DNA of 42,732 nt from an uncultured Streptococcus sp. (GCA_902480035.1 CABSRC010000001.1:1-42732), one strand, 5' to 3'. Counted from the first letter of the stretch, positions 18,454 to 29,205 are shown. Numbers and translations: made by a program. Notes: generated by a model from the letters alone, not told the origin.

Positions 18454-19038
18454 TTATTTTTGAATGATCTCTTGTACTAATGATTGCAATTCTGGCACCA
18501 CCTCTGCCTCAAACCAAGGATTCTTAGCCATCCAGATTTGATTGCGAGGGGAAGGATGAACTAGTGGAAAATAGGTTGGCAAATAGTTCTTAAAATGCTG
18601 AACCCGTTCGGTTACCTTGCCACTAACCTTTTCATGAAGGTAGTAAGCTTGCGCATATTGTCCAATCAGGAGGGTCAACTCAATATCCGGACACTCCTTA
18701 AGAAGTTGAGGATGCCACTTTTCCGCAAAACCTTTGCGAGGGGGAAGGTCACCAGATTTCCCATGCCCTGGGAAATAAAAGTCCATGGGAATAACTGCAA
18801 ACAAACCAGAATTGTAAAAGGTATTTTCGTCAACTCCTAACCATTCGCGCAGGCGGTCACCACTCTTATCCTTCCAATAGAGTCCCGCTTCCTGAGTCTT
18901 GAGACCAGGAGCCTGTCCGATAATATTAATACGAGCAGTTTTTGGAGCTGCAAAGAGTGGCTCAATCCCTCTATCCGTATAAGCTTTATTTTGAGGGTCT
19001 GCCATAATGGCTTGTTTAATAGTTTCAATCCTTGACAT
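18454..19038 (-). CDS. Uracil-DNA glycosylase superfamily protein
   Basis: IGQAPG, SGDRLREWLG, FPGHGKSGDLPP and LVHPSPRN motifs. Confidence 0.9.
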   Translation of the reverse strand: MSRIETIKQAIMADPQNKAYTDRGIEPLFAAPKTARINIIGQAPGLKTQEAGLYWKDKSGDRLREWLGVDENTFYNSGLFAVIPMDFYFPGHGKSGDLPPRKGFAEKWHPQLLKECPDIELTLLIGQYAQAYYLHEKVSGKVTERVQHFKNYLPTYFPLVHPSPRNQIWMAKNPWFEAEVVPELQSLVQEIIQK

Positions 19039-19059
19039 AAGTCTTCCTTCTATCTATGG

Positions 19060-19088
19060 AAAAACTCAGCCAGAAAAACTGGCCGAGT
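19060..19088 (-). terminator. Intrinsic terminator after pepV
   Basis: ACTCGGCCAG-TTTTT-CTGGCTGAGT followed by TTTT. Confidence 0.7.
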
Positions 19089-19094
19089 AGTGGA

Positions 19095-20501
19095 TTATTT
19101 GATTAATTCGTAGATGGCTTCTGCGTAAATAGCTGCTGCACGATAGAGATCTTCAACATCTGCGAATTCATTAGCTTGGTGCATGGTATTGACATAATCT
19201 GGGAACATAGCACCAAAGGCAACACCACGTTTCAAGAGGCGACCAAAGGTACCACCACCAATCACTTGTTCGTGTCCTTTGAGACCAGTTTGTTTTTCAT
19301 AAACACGCAAGAGAGTGGATACCAATTCATCATCCATCGGAACATAGTGAGGGGTGTGACCATGGGCTGACAAGCTCACTGTAGCCACTCCTTCGATCTT
19401 TTCAAGGATGGCTTTGATGGTTTCAGGATCTGTTCCTTGAGGGTAACGGATATTGAGGGCAATGCTATTGTCTGCTTGGCTTTCATCAAAATGGAAGACA
19501 CCTGCATTCATGCTCAATGGTCCCATTTTGACATCTGTATGGGCAATACCTAATTTTTCACCGGCAAAATCTTCGTGAAGAAGCGAAGCTGTCACATGAA
19601 GGTAAGCCTTAGCAGCGCCACCAAAATCAAATTGGTTCAACAAGAGAGCTAAGTAGGTTGCACCATTGATCCCATCTTCAGGAGTTGATCCGTGAGCCGA
19701 TTTTCCAATAATCGTAACGGTATAGGTTTCTTCATCCACAGTTGAGATTTCATACTGAAGCTGGTGTTCCTTGGCAAAGGCATCTAAAAGGCCAGCAAGA
19801 TCTGGAAGTTGTCCAGAAACGACTGCCGTCGCTGACTCTGGCACCATGTTTTCACGAAGGCCACCTGTAAAGCTATGAAGTTTAACCTTCCCAGTGTTGT
19901 CATTTCCAAAATGAAGGTACTCCGTGATGTTTCCTTTTTCCCCATTGATAATTGGAAATTCCGCATCTGGTGAGAAACCAAAATCTGGCTCAGGAAGTCC
20001 TACGTGTTTGAAATAGTAATCCATGTCGCCCCAGCCTGATTCTTCATCCGTTCCGACTACAAAACGCACTCGCTTAGAAACTGGCAATCCCAGATCTTTG
20101 ATGATCTTCAAACCATAGTAGCAGGCCATTGTAGGCCCTTTATCATCAGACGAACCACGCGCATAGAGCTTGCCATCGATAATTTCTGGTTTGTATGGAT
20201 CCGTCTTCCAGCCACTACCTGCAGGCACGACATCCATATGGGCAAAGATCCCAAGCTCTTCTTCTCCTTCACCAAAAGTAAAGTGACCGGCATAATTGTC
20301 GACATTCTTGGTTTCATAGCCATCACGTTTGGCAATTTCCAAGAATTTTTCAAGAGCTTTTACAGGACCAGGTCCAAAAGGATGCTCTGCATCTGCCTTG
20401 CTGTCATCGCGTTCAGAATTGATTTCCAAGATGCTGTATAAGTCAGCCATCATCTCATCGCGACGTTTTTCTACTTCTGCTTTAAAGTCAACTGTTGTCA
20501 T
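19095..20501 (-). CDS. pepV: Dipeptidase PepV (M20)
   Basis: [31 protein letters not shown] and HQANE motifs. Confidence 0.95.
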   Translation of the reverse strand: MTTVDFKAEVEKRRDEMMADLYSILEINSERDDSKADAEHPFGPGPVKALEKFLEIAKRDGYETKNVDNYAGHFTFGEGEEELGIFAHMDVVPAGSGWKTDPYKPEIIDGKLYARGSSDDKGPTMACYYGLKIIKDLGLPVSKRVRFVVGTDEESGWGDMDYYFKHVGLPEPDFGFSPDAEFPIINGEKGNITEYLHFGNDNTGKVKLHSFTGGLRENMVPESATAVVSGQLPDLAGLLDAFAKEHQLQYEISTVDEETYTVTIIGKSAHGSTPEDGINGATYLALLLNQFDFGGAAKAYLHVTASLLHEDFAGEKLGIAHTDVKMGPLSMNAGVFHFDESQADNSIALNIRYPQGTDPETIKAILEKIEGVATVSLSAHGHTPHYVPMDDELVSTLLRVYEKQTGLKGHEQVIGGGTFGRLLKRGVAFGAMFPDYVNTMHQANEFADVEDLYRAAAIYAEAIYELIK

Positions 20502-20535
20502 GAATTCCTCCTTGATCTTCTATTTGCTAATTGGC

Positions 20536-21141
20536 TTAGCGTTTGTCAATGATTTCGTCCACTGGTAAGCGATAGCTTGGCTCTACTTTTTCAGCCGCAT
20601 AGCCAACCGTAATCAAGACTTCCGGACGGAAACGCTCTTCGATGTCCAATACTTCATTGATTTTTGATTTATCAAATCCCAAGATAATATTGGTTCCAAT
20701 GCCTTGGTCCGTCAAAGCAAGTACCAAGTTCATGGCCACAAGACCGGCATTCAAAGCCAAGTAATCACTTGTTTGTTGAGCATCATAGCGTGCAAATTCA
20801 GCAGGAAGATTTTGCATAAAGTATTGCAACTGCTCATCTGTGAAGTTTTTCACCCCACCGACACGCGCAATCTTGCGAGCCCGTTTTTGCAAATCAGTAT
20901 CTGTAAAGAGGGCGATGGTCACAGGTGCTTCCATGACTTGATCGTAGTTTGCACCATAGGCTAATTTTGCCAATTCAGCATTTTTTTGACGAACGACCAC
21001 AAATTTCCAAGGCTGGCTATTGTGGGCACTAGGGGCCAAGGTTGCGATTTCAATGGCAGTCCGTACATCCTTTGGATCGACCGGTTGGTCAGTGAAATGC
21101 TTGATCGCATGGCGTTTTTTATTGAGCTCTAGAAATTTCAT
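20536..21141 (-). CDS. Nitroreductase family protein
   Basis: KRHAIKHF and APSAHNSQPWKFVVV motifs. Confidence 0.93.
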   Translation of the reverse strand: MKFLELNKKRHAIKHFTDQPVDPKDVRTAIEIATLAPSAHNSQPWKFVVVRQKNAELAKLAYGANYDQVMEAPVTIALFTDTDLQKRARKIARVGGVKNFTDEQLQYFMQNLPAEFARYDAQQTSDYLALNAGLVAMNLVLALTDQGIGTNIILGFDKSKINEVLDIEERFRPEVLITVGYAAEKVEPSYRLPVDEIIDKR

Positions 21142-21224
21142 AAGCTTCTTCCTTTTCTATTTCTGTTACCTCTATTTTAACACAAAATGAAAGAGCTTGC
21201 AGGGTTTTACAGCCTAAGATTGTG

Positions 21225-21263
21225 AAAAAAGAAGCGGACATTTTGAAGTTCCGCTTCTTTTTT
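21225..21263 (-). terminator. Intrinsic terminator (symmetric A/T tails) after the metallophosphoesterase gene
   Basis: AAAAAAGAAGCGGA...TCCGCTTCTTTTTT. Confidence 0.75.
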
Positions 21264-21289
21264 ATAGGTTGAATACACAAGAGATCCAC

Positions 21290-22132
21290 CTATGATTCAT
21301 TGGAAAGATTGAAATAGTCAGCTACTTCTTTGGCATAACCGTATTTCTCAATTAAGCTAGTTAGGAGCTCGATGTTATGGCCCCGATAGTTATCCTCGCG
21401 TCTCAATTCTTCGTACATCTCAATAAAAGGAAGATCTTTGTCCTTAGCATCTTGGAGCTCTGCTTCATAGTCATAGGCCACCTTACGAAATTGCAGGTTG
21501 GTCACCCCATCTTCTTCGACATCGATCAGAGCATATTGAGCTCTGTGGTTTTGAATTGGTTCCCAGTCAAAATAAGGCATGCCAATAGTCCCCGGATTGA
21601 GGATCTGCTGACCCTGACTGCCATAGCGAAGCAACTGCTTGTGGACATGACCGTAGATCGCCAGATCCGTCTGATCATCCAGCAGTTGGTCAAAGTTCTC
21701 CGTCGCATTAGCTGGACGCAAATCTCCACCATAATTCTTTTCTGGTAAGTTGTGGGTCAGTGAAAAACGAATGCCATTGACCTCCTTCTTCTCTACCAAT
21801 GGAAGGGAACGAAGCCAATCGATCCGCTTAGGATCCAATCCTTCCATGAGGTACTGAGTGAGGCGAAGAAGTTGGATCTCCTGCGGATCCTCTAACCCGT
21901 ACTCGCCATCCAAGGCCTCTAGGACACAATCGTCCCAATTTCCACGAACAGCCGCTGTAATCGGAATTGCATCCAGCAACTCAAAAAGGTCCTCTCTTCC
22001 AGGCCCCGGAAGCAAAATGTCCCCTAAAAGCCAGTATTCCGTCGCGCCTAGAGCACGCGCATCCGCAATCACTGCCTCCAGGGCTGTCGTATCTCCGTGG
22101 ATATCAGATAAAATAGCGATTCGATGGTTCAT
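21290..22132 (-). CDS. Metallophosphoesterase (calcineurin-like, YfcE-type)
   Basis: SDIHG, LGD, RGNWD, GHVH and NPGTIG motifs; true start MNHRI (22132) behind AAGGAG. Confidence 0.9.
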   Translation of the reverse strand: MNHRIAILSDIHGDTTALEAVIADARALGATEYWLLGDILLPGPGREDLFELLDAIPITAAVRGNWDDCVLEALDGEYGLEDPQEIQLLRLTQYLMEGLDPKRIDWLRSLPLVEKKEVNGIRFSLTHNLPEKNYGGDLRPANATENFDQLLDDQTDLAIYGHVHKQLLRYGSQGQQILNPGTIGMPYFDWEPIQNHRAQYALIDVEEDGVTNLQFRKVAYDYEAELQDAKDKDLPFIEMYEELRREDNYRGHNIELLTSLIEKYGYAKEVADYFNLSNES

Positions 22133-22142
22133 TATAAACTCC

Positions 22143-23978
22143 TTATGATTGGTATGGTTCAGAATCCTCCGCCACTTCCACCAAGGGACTTGCTTCTTCT
22201 GGCTTTCCTTGATGGAGCTTGGCTTGCACTGCCTCCGCCACTGCTCGCGGGATGCCGACTGTGACAATCTCATCTACAGTAGCTTCTTTGATCTTGGTCA
22301 GCGACTTGAAGTGCTTCATCAGCAACTGCTTGCGTTTTGGTCCCAAACCGTCGATGCCATCCAACTGAGAGGAGAAGGAATTCTTAGAACGAAGCTGGCG
22401 GTGGAAGGTGATGGCGAAACGGTGGACTTCATCCTGGATCCGTTGGAGGAGGAAAAATTCCTGCGAGGTTCGAGAGAGTTCGATGACTTGAAGGGGATCA
22501 CCGAAGAGCAATTCATGGGTCTGGTGCTTGTCATTCTTTTGCAGACCTGCAATGGGAATATCTAACCCCAACTCTTCTTGGATCACCTGTTTAGCGATAT
22601 TGACCTGGCCCTGACCCCCATCGATAACGATCAGATCTGGTGGCGTCAGGCCATCCCGCATGACCCGGCTGTAGCGTCTGCGAATGACTTCCCGCATGCT
22701 GGCATAGTCATCTGGCCCGACGACGGTCTTAATCTTGTACTTGCGGTAGTCCTTTTTGCTTGGCTTCCCATTGACAAAGACCACCATGGCTGAGACCGGA
22801 CTGGTCCCCATGATGTTGGAGTTGTCAAAAGACTCAATGCGCACAGGGGTTGGGATTTGCAGGAGTTTTCCAAGGTTTTCAATAGCACCTTGAGTCTTTT
22901 CCATCGATTTTTCAAGGAGATTGAACTTCTGCTCCAGACTGACACGCGCATTCTTGATGGCCAAATTGACCAACTGCTTCTTCTCCCCACGCTGGGGTTT
23001 AAGGACCTTGGTATCCACTAGGGCCTTGACCGCTTCCTCATCGATATCTTGAGGGATCAGGATTTCATTGGGGATCAGGTGAGATTTCTCCTGGTAAAAC
23101 TGACCCACATAGGTCAAGAAATCCTCGTCCGGATCATTGTAGTAAGGGAAGAGGTTGACGTCGCGCTCGATCAGCTTGCCCTGACGGACAAAGAAGACTT
23201 GCACACACATCCAGCCCTTGTCCACGTAGTAGCCAAAGACATCCCGATTCTGCAAATCCTTGGCCATGACCCGCTGTTTGGTCCGCAGGGTCCCGATAGC
23301 TTGGATCAGATCCCGGTACTCAGCCGCCCTCTCGAATTCCATGTTTTGCGCAGCCGTAGTCATCTTGACCTTGAGCTCATCGATAATCTTGTCATCCTGC
23401 CCTTTTAGGAAATCAGAAACCTCCTGGGCCATGCCCTTGAAATAGGCCTCGTCCTTGTGGCAGACCGTGTGGGCCATGCATTGCCCTAAATGATAGTAAA
23501 AGCAGACCTTGGAAGGAGGATTGGTACACTTGCGGAATGGGAAAATCCGATCCAAAAGACGTTTGATTTCATTAGCCGCACCTACGTCCGGATAGGGACC
23601 GAAATAGAGGCCACCATCTTTTTTGACTTGGCGCGTGATGATGAGACGCGGATAGCGCTCATTGGTAATCTTGATGAAGGGATAGGACTTGTCGTCCTTG
23701 AGCATGATATTGTACTTTGGCTTATTCTCCTTGATGAGATTGATCTCGAGAAGCAAGGCCTCAATATTGGACTCAGTAACGATAAACTCAAAATCCACAA
23801 TCTCAGATACCAGAGCTTCTGTCTTGGTATCGTGGCTCCCTCTGAAATAGGAACGCACCCGATTGCGAAGATTCTTGGCCTTCCCCACATAGATGATGGT
23901 ACCGTTCTTGTCTTTGTGAATGTAACATCCCGGACTCGTCGGCAAGAGCTCGAGCTTGGATTTAATCAAGTTATTCAT
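22143..23978 (-). CDS. uvrC: Excinuclease ABC subunit C
   Basis: GIY-YIG domain (GCY...[16 protein letters not shown]), Cys cluster, UVR motif, FDNS, IDGG and HhH GLGPKR. Confidence 0.98.
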   Translation of the reverse strand: MNNLIKSKLELLPTSPGCYIHKDKNGTIIYVGKAKNLRNRVRSYFRGSHDTKTEALVSEIVDFEFIVTESNIEALLLEINLIKENKPKYNIMLKDDKSYPFIKITNERYPRLIITRQVKKDGGLYFGPYPDVGAANEIKRLLDRIFPFRKCTNPPSKVCFYYHLGQCMAHTVCHKDEAYFKGMAQEVSDFLKGQDDKIIDELKVKMTTAAQNMEFERAAEYRDLIQAIGTLRTKQRVMAKDLQNRDVFGYYVDKGWMCVQVFFVRQGKLIERDVNLFPYYNDPDEDFLTYVGQFYQEKSHLIPNEILIPQDIDEEAVKALVDTKVLKPQRGEKKQLVNLAIKNARVSLEQKFNLLEKSMEKTQGAIENLGKLLQIPTPVRIESFDNSNIMGTSPVSAMVVFVNGKPSKKDYRKYKIKTVVGPDDYASMREVIRRRYSRVMRDGLTPPDLIVIDGGQGQVNIAKQVIQEELGLDIPIAGLQKNDKHQTHELLFGDPLQVIELSRTSQEFFLLQRIQDEVHRFAITFHRQLRSKNSFSSQLDGIDGLGPKRKQLLMKHFKSLTKIKEATVDEIVTVGIPRAVAEAVQAKLHQGKPEEASPLVEVAEDSEPYQS

Positions 23979-23985
23979 ACTCTCT

Positions 23986-23994
23986 ATTATAGCA
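23986..23994 (-). promoter_or_regulatory. Extended -10 promoter of uvrC (likely leaderless)
   Basis: TG-C-TATAAT 7 nt before the ATG. Confidence 0.65.
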
Positions 23995-24127
23995 AAAAAG
24001 GGAGGGGTTAGCCTCTCTCTAGTATGTTTGTATTATTGTTATCCACCTTCACCAAGTAAAAAATAATTATTAAATAGTATATCAGACCCTCATCCTCAAT
24101 CCTTCATCTTCACTTGCCCTTTTTAAT

Positions 24128-24164
24128 AGCAAAAAAGAGGGATCTAAAACGATCCCTCTTTGCT
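24128..24164 (-). terminator. Intrinsic terminator at the end of the hemW operon
   Basis: AAAGAGGGATC-GTTTTA-GATCCCTCTTT continuing into a T run on the minus strand. Confidence 0.75.
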
Positions 24165-24179
24165 AATAATCGATCAAGC

Positions 24180-25163
24180 TCACCCCTTAAGATTGGCCAT
24201 CTGGAAGAGCGGAATCACATAAGGAACAATAGACATTAGGATAGTGAATAGCACGAAGAACCAGAACCAGAAGGAAGCGAGGGCACGCTGGAAAACTCCC
24301 GGCTGAGGTTTATTGGCCTGAATATAAGCCTTGATAGCTGGCCATTTGGTCGCAAGAACCACTATCATGACAATGGAACCAATGGCTAAAACACCGATTT
24401 GGAGCCAATTCGCTAGTCCCTCATCCACATGATAAGCTACATAATGCAAACCTTGGGAAATGACAAAGTTATTGAAAATGTGATAGAAAATCGCCCACCA
24501 GATATTGTATTCAAATGCAATGTAACCGAATCCTAGACCAATGATACCCGCGAAAAAGAGCTGGTCAAAATTGGCATGGAAGAGGCCGAATAAAATAGCC
24601 GTCATGACAATGGCAAAGATTTTGCCATACCGTTCCAAGCCTCGCAAGCCAGCCCCACGGAAGAAGAATTCCTCTGTGATAGGACCAAAAAAGCCAGCAT
24701 ACAAAAGCATAGTCCAAGATCGCTCAATCGTATCTCCTAGATCGGGTGTTGGAGAATGAAGGCCAATGGTCTCAAACATGCGCTCAATCACCTGTGTCAT
24801 CACAGATGAAAAGACTTGAGAAAAGCCAAGAAAGGCGAGAAGGATAAAGAAGACTGAAAGTGTCATCTTACGTCCCTTATGCTTAAGATCATATTTATAA
24901 AGGGCCTTCTTGCGATAGGCATTAAAAAGAAAGAGTCCAATGGAAATAGAGATGAGGTAGGGAATACCAGCCCAAACATTCAGGGCGTTTAGTTTCTCCG
25001 TTACTTGACTTGGATCTTTTCTGAGAGAGCCTGCTAGGGTTAAGCCTAAGAGGACTTCCCACAGGACGGTCACTAAGGTCATCACCAAGAGATAAATGGC
25101 AAGCGTCCCAGAATACCTTCCTATATCTTTTTTAGGGTCTAATAATCGGTTGTATTGGTTCAT
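24180..25163 (-). CDS. CPBP family (CAAX/Abi) intramembrane metalloprotease
   Basis: EEFFFRG, FGLFH and HIFNN motifs; multiple TM helices. Confidence 0.92.
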   Translation of the reverse strand: MNQYNRLLDPKKDIGRYSGTLAIYLLVMTLVTVLWEVLLGLTLAGSLRKDPSQVTEKLNALNVWAGIPYLISISIGLFLFNAYRKKALYKYDLKHKGRKMTLSVFFILLAFLGFSQVFSSVMTQVIERMFETIGLHSPTPDLGDTIERSWTMLLYAGFFGPITEEFFFRGAGLRGLERYGKIFAIVMTAILFGLFHANFDQLFFAGIIGLGFGYIAFEYNIWWAIFYHIFNNFVISQGLHYVAYHVDEGLANWLQIGVLAIGSIVMIVVLATKWPAIKAYIQANKPQPGVFQRALASFWFWFFVLFTILMSIVPYVIPLFQMANLKG

Positions 25164-25780
25164 TTCTTCCTCCTAGAAAATAGATAAAAACTCGCACACA
25201 TTCCTTCGTATAAGACAAAGAAAATCAAAAAGGCATGCATAAAGTAGTCTTCTGGTAATGCAAGAATAATCGAATCCACGCGCGGATCAAAGAGCCAAGT
25301 ATTGTCCCCAGCAAATAAGACCTGATGAAAGAGCGTAAAGAATTGATCAAAGCCAATGATAACAGTCATTACTGCAAGCACTACTGGTAAAACCATCATC
25401 CAAAAGAAGAGACTTCGGTACAAGGCCAGGTAGCCTTTTTTGACGACTGTCCGCATAAACTGGATAAAACCAGGGAGTGTGACCACGAAAACGACCGTCA
25501 CTAAGTGAAATAGGTACTTGACGGCCTCAAAATGGTGCAGTCCATTTTTTGAAGAGGGGAATTGAGGCATCTTCAACACCCATTGAAAAGGGTTGGTTAA
25601 GTAGTTCATCAAGACATTAAAATTCTTCATGATGACAGATGCCGAAAAACCAGTCCGGCTTTGAATCCCCAACCAATGAATCTCCATGGGATAGAGGACC
25701 CAAGCTAGAGCGATGGTGAGAAGGATCGTAGCTGACAAGATAAAGAAAAATAGGTTGATTGATTTCAAACTTTTAAGCAT
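25160..25780 (-). CDS. TIGR01906/DUF1461 family integral membrane protein
   Basis: [24 protein letters not shown] and WLFDP...IILALPE motifs. Confidence 0.85.
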   Translation of the reverse strand: MLKSLKSINLFFFILSATILLTIALAWVLYPMEIHWLGIQSRTGFSASVIMKNFNVLMNYLTNPFQWVLKMPQFPSSKNGLHHFEAVKYLFHLVTVVFVVTLPGFIQFMRTVVKKGYLALYRSLFFWMMVLPVVLAVMTVIIGFDQFFTLFHQVLFAGDNTWLFDPRVDSIILALPEDYFMHAFLIFFVLYEGMCASFYLFSRRKK

Positions 25781-26543
25781 CAAAATCCCACTCCGCTAGA
25801 CTGGCAACAACATGTGTCGGTGCAATTGGTAAGGTTGGCACTTCTTCTGGTTTGGTAAAACCTGTCGTCACCAAAAGGGTTGGAATCCCATTGTCAATAC
25901 CCGCACGAATATCTGTTAAATAATTGTCCCCAACCATAACCACTTCTTCTCTTTCAAGTCCCAGGTGTTCAATAGCCTTGTCCATGATGATGGCCTTTGG
26001 TTTGCCAATGATCACAGGCTCGACCCGTGTCGCTGCTTCAACAAGCGCAATCAGAGATCCGGCTCCCGGCAACAAGCCACGCTCTGTTGGGATATTGAGG
26101 TCAGGATTGGTCCCGATAAAGTGCGCTCCCTTTTGAATCGCCAAGGTTGCTTTAGCAAATTTCTCATAGTCGACTTGCCAATCGAGGCCAATTACAACAT
26201 AATCAGGTGCTTCTTCATCCATGATATAGCCAGCTTCTTCAATAGCATCTTTGAGCCCCGCTTCTCCGATCACATAGACCTTTTTGCCCAAATTTTGGTC
26301 ATTCATGTAGTCAATGGTCGCAAGGGTAGCTGTATAGATGGTCGACACAGGGGTTTCAATATTGAAGTGAGTCGCCAGCATATCCCGAACAGTCTCTGGT
26401 GTGCGGGTTGTGTTATTGGTGACAAAGAGATAGGGAATCTCACGCGCCTGCAATTCATGAACAAAGGCTTCCCCTTCAGGAATCCGTGATTTTCCTTTGT
26501 AAATGGTGCCATCCAAATCAATTAAATAGCCCTTGTAGTGCAT
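25773..26543 (-). CDS. HAD-IIA hydrolase (NagD/YutF, TIGR01457-type)
   Basis: DLDGT, VTNN, GKP and [10 protein letters not shown] motifs. Confidence 0.93.
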   Translation of the reverse strand: MHYKGYLIDLDGTIYKGKSRIPEGEAFVHELQAREIPYLFVTNNTTRTPETVRDMLATHFNIETPVSTIYTATLATIDYMNDQNLGKKVYVIGEAGLKDAIEEAGYIMDEEAPDYVVIGLDWQVDYEKFAKATLAIQKGAHFIGTNPDLNIPTERGLLPGAGSLIALVEAATRVEPVIIGKPKAIIMDKAIEHLGLEREEVVMVGDNYLTDIRAGIDNGIPTLLVTTGFTKPEEVPTLPIAPTHVVASLAEWDFDA

Positions 26544-27230
26544 TTATTCTTCCCTTTCTGTATCAGCTTTTTCATGTAACTTCTCTGTATCGACTCGTCC
26601 ACCAGACCCATACAAGAGCAAGGCTCCAGCATAGAGGATAAATTGTAAAATCAAACCTGTAAAATTGATTCCTTGACTTCCTGATTGGGTAAACAAGAAG
26701 GAAGCCACCATGAGGATCACAATGGTCAATAACAAGCCTATTACAGTTGCCTGATCCACACTGATTTGATAAACCGTGCGCTTGGTGCTCCGGTTCCGGC
26801 CGTCTGACTTGGTTTCTGGTTGCAAATTCTCCACAAAATCCGTCACCAAGGTCGCAGCGAGGCTGACTGTTGTGCTAAAGAGCACGCCTTGAGACAAGCG
26901 GTGATAGAAATTGGACCAGAAGGATCCTGATTGGCTAGTAATCCCAATCGAGAAGATCATGACCGGTAAAAGAAAGGCCAAGGTGAAATGGATCCAGACC
27001 CGATACCAGCGTACATCTTCTCTTAAAAAGCGATTAAAACTCTCTAAATTCAAGCGATAGCGGAAAAATTTATAAATTTCCTCTACCAGGATGATGCCCA
27101 AAGCACAAAGAGTCAAGAGCCAATCTCCCAACATGTACAAAGGGTTCTTTTGACGCTTGGCATAGGCCACAACCCGTTTTTGATAGCTTTCAAGTTCCTG
27201 TTTTTTATTTTTTAATCTTCTACTTTCCAT
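26544..27230 (-). CDS. Hypothetical multi-pass membrane protein
   Basis: 228-aa ORF with ~4-5 hydrophobic segments, overlapping the upstream gene by 11 nt and abutting the downstream ATG. Confidence 0.7.
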   Translation of the reverse strand: MESRRLKNKKQELESYQKRVVAYAKRQKNPLYMLGDWLLTLCALGIILVEEIYKFFRYRLNLESFNRFLREDVRWYRVWIHFTLAFLLPVMIFSIGITSQSGSFWSNFYHRLSQGVLFSTTVSLAATLVTDFVENLQPETKSDGRNRSTKRTVYQISVDQATVIGLLLTIVILMVASFLFTQSGSQGINFTGLILQFILYAGALLLYGSGGRVDTEKLHEKADTEREE

Positions 27231-27975
27231 AAGTCCAACCCTTTTCTTCTACTTTTTCCCACTCAATTTCAGCTTGGGCATTGATCTGACCATCTGAAAT
27301 AATTTGGTGCTGAGTTTTCAAGCCCTCTTGTTCATATTGAGAGGTGATGAGACCTCCTGCTAGCACTTCTTTGACATATTTCAGATGAACTTTTTTAGGG
27401 ACATGATGGGTCAAGAAGTCTGCTCCCATCACCTCAAAAACCCAGTCCAAGTACTTGCTATTGTTGACATGTCCGTTCATATCCAAGTCGTAAAACCGAA
27501 CCCGGTATTCTTGTTCGACGCCCCCCTCTAATTCCTTAAAACGGGGACCGCGTAGCATGGTTTTTGAAAATTCAGAGTCAAAGGCATCCGTGATTTCACT
27601 CATAACAGGATGAACCTTGCGTGTATCCCGATCCATCAAGACAAAGGTCGCGACCATCTCAATGATAGTATTTCCTGCTTCATCCTTGATATTAAAGGCC
27701 CGGTAGCAGAAAAGTCGATTGTGACTCTTGGCATAGGTTTCGATAGTGATTTTCTCATCAAAAACAGGGAGACGCTCGATCTTCATATTGTAATCCGTGA
27801 TAATCCAGACTAGATTGTAGTTCTCTAAAATGTACATATCACTCATACCCAGCTCAATCGATTGCATGCCCGATACCTGTAAAGACAGCAAGATCAATTG
27901 GGGAATCTTAATATAACCATTGACATCGCTCATATCAAACGGAATTTTCATGCTGTATTCAAATGTTTTTGCCAT
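27220..27975 (-). CDS. Acyl-ACP thioesterase (TesS-like)
   Basis: Double hotdog fold motifs; RFYDLDMNGHVNNSKY catalytic region. Confidence 0.92.
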   Translation of the reverse strand: MAKTFEYSMKIPFDMSDVNGYIKIPQLILLSLQVSGMQSIELGMSDMYILENYNLVWIITDYNMKIERLPVFDEKITIETYAKSHNRLFCYRAFNIKDEAGNTIIEMVATFVLMDRDTRKVHPVMSEITDAFDSEFSKTMLRGPRFKELEGGVEQEYRVRFYDLDMNGHVNNSKYLDWVFEVMGADFLTHHVPKKVHLKYVKEVLAGGLITSQYEQEGLKTQHQIISDGQINAQAEIEWEKVEEKGWTYGK

Positions 27976-27978
27976 TTT

Positions 27979-29109
27979 CTACTCCAAAATAAACTTCTCT
28001 GCTACAGTGTCTCCTAAAAAGAGACCTTTCTTGGTCATTCGTACAATGTCCTTGTCAGGTACCAAAAGGCCCTGCTGGATCAATTCCTCAACCACTGATC
28101 CATATTGTTGGTCAAAATTCACACCAAACTTTTCTTCAAAACGCTTCTTGGAAACGCCTGTTTTCTTACGTAGTCCTAGAAACATCTCTTCTTCCATCAT
28201 TTCTGTCTGAGTCAGATGTTCTTCTTGGACACGCGCATTTCCCTCTTCGACAGCCTGCATATAGTGACGAATGGGGCCATGATTCTTGTAGCGAATCCCA
28301 TCGACATAGCCGGATGCTCCAGCTCCCATACCATAATACTCGGCATTATCCCAATACATGAGATTGTGTCGACTTTCAAAACCAGGCTTGGAGAAATTGG
28401 AAATTTCATAATGCTCAAAGCCCGCTCGCCCCAACTCCTGAATAATGTATTCAAACATCTCCGCTTCCAACTCCTCTTTAGGTAGGGGAAGTTTGCCCCG
28501 TCTCATGCGATTCATAAAAACTGTGTGATTCTCCAGAATCAAGCTATAAAGACTCATGTGGGGAATGTCAAGGGCAAGAGCCTTCGCAACATTTTCCTTG
28601 ACCTGGTCCATGGTTTGCGTCGGAAGTGCATAGATGAGGTCGATCGAAATATTGTCAAAACCAGCCAGCTTCAGACGGTCGATATTGTCATAAATGTCCT
28701 GCTCTTGGTGGCTTCGACCAATCTTCTTGAGCAAGCGATTATCAAAGGTCTGCACGCCCAATGAAACCCGATTAACCGGCGAATCCTTCAAGACCGCAAT
28801 CTTATCCGGATCCAAATCACCAGGATTGGCCTCGATAGTCAACTCCTCCATCTGAGAGAGATCAATCGACTTGGTCAGCTCCTTGAGAAGATAGGCTAGC
28901 TGATCTGCAGATAAGGCCGTCGGCGTCCCACCCCCAATATAGAGAGTCCGTAAGTTTGTAATTTCTTCCCGACGAAATTCTTGGATCAAATGATCCAAAT
29001 AAGCATCGACCGGTTGGTTCTTAATAAAGACCTTCGAAAAATCACAATAAAAACAAATCTGGGTACAAAATGGGATGTGGACATAAGCGGACGTTGGTTT
29101 TGTATGCAT
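27979..29109 (-). CDS. hemW: Radical SAM heme chaperone HemW (HemN-like)
   Basis: YVHIPFC-x3-C-x2-CDF, YIGGGTP and HNLMYW motifs; true start MHTKP at 29109. Confidence 0.93.
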   Translation of the reverse strand: MHTKPTSAYVHIPFCTQICFYCDFSKVFIKNQPVDAYLDHLIQEFRREEITNLRTLYIGGGTPTALSADQLAYLLKELTKSIDLSQMEELTIEANPGDLDPDKIAVLKDSPVNRVSLGVQTFDNRLLKKIGRSHQEQDIYDNIDRLKLAGFDNISIDLIYALPTQTMDQVKENVAKALALDIPHMSLYSLILENHTVFMNRMRRGKLPLPKEELEAEMFEYIIQELGRAGFEHYEISNFSKPGFESRHNLMYWDNAEYYGMGAGASGYVDGIRYKNHGPIRHYMQAVEEGNARVQEEHLTQTEMMEEEMFLGLRKKTGVSKKRFEEKFGVNFDQQYGSVVEELIQQGLLVPDKDIVRMTKKGLFLGDTVAEKFILE

Positions 29110-29116
29110 ACCTTTA

Positions 29117-29125
29117 ATTATACCA
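29117..29125 (-). promoter_or_regulatory. Extended -10 promoter of the hemW operon (likely leaderless)
   Basis: TG-G-TATAAT 7 nt before the ATG. Confidence 0.65.
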
Positions 29126-29176
29126 TAAAATCCCCCCGAGTCCGAAAAGAAAAGGGAATAAGAAGCCAGGAATTCC

Positions 29177-29205
29177 TTGACAAGAAGGAATAAAAGGAAT
29201 AGAAT
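29177..29205 (+). promoter_or_regulatory. sigmaA promoter of the ABC-F leader
   Basis: TTGACA-17 nt-TAGAAT. Confidence 0.8.

Noticed and set aside
22133..22273. N-terminal extension of the metallophosphoesterase ORF overlapping uvrC
   Set aside because: The real start at 22132 has an AAGGAG SD and begins at the family's first motif.
24010..24120. Possible small RNA, mini-ORF or DnaA box between uvrC and the CPBP terminator
   Set aside because: A TGATATACT motif and a single 8/9 DnaA-like box are present, but there is no convincing ORF with SD, no good minus-strand terminator and no box cluster.
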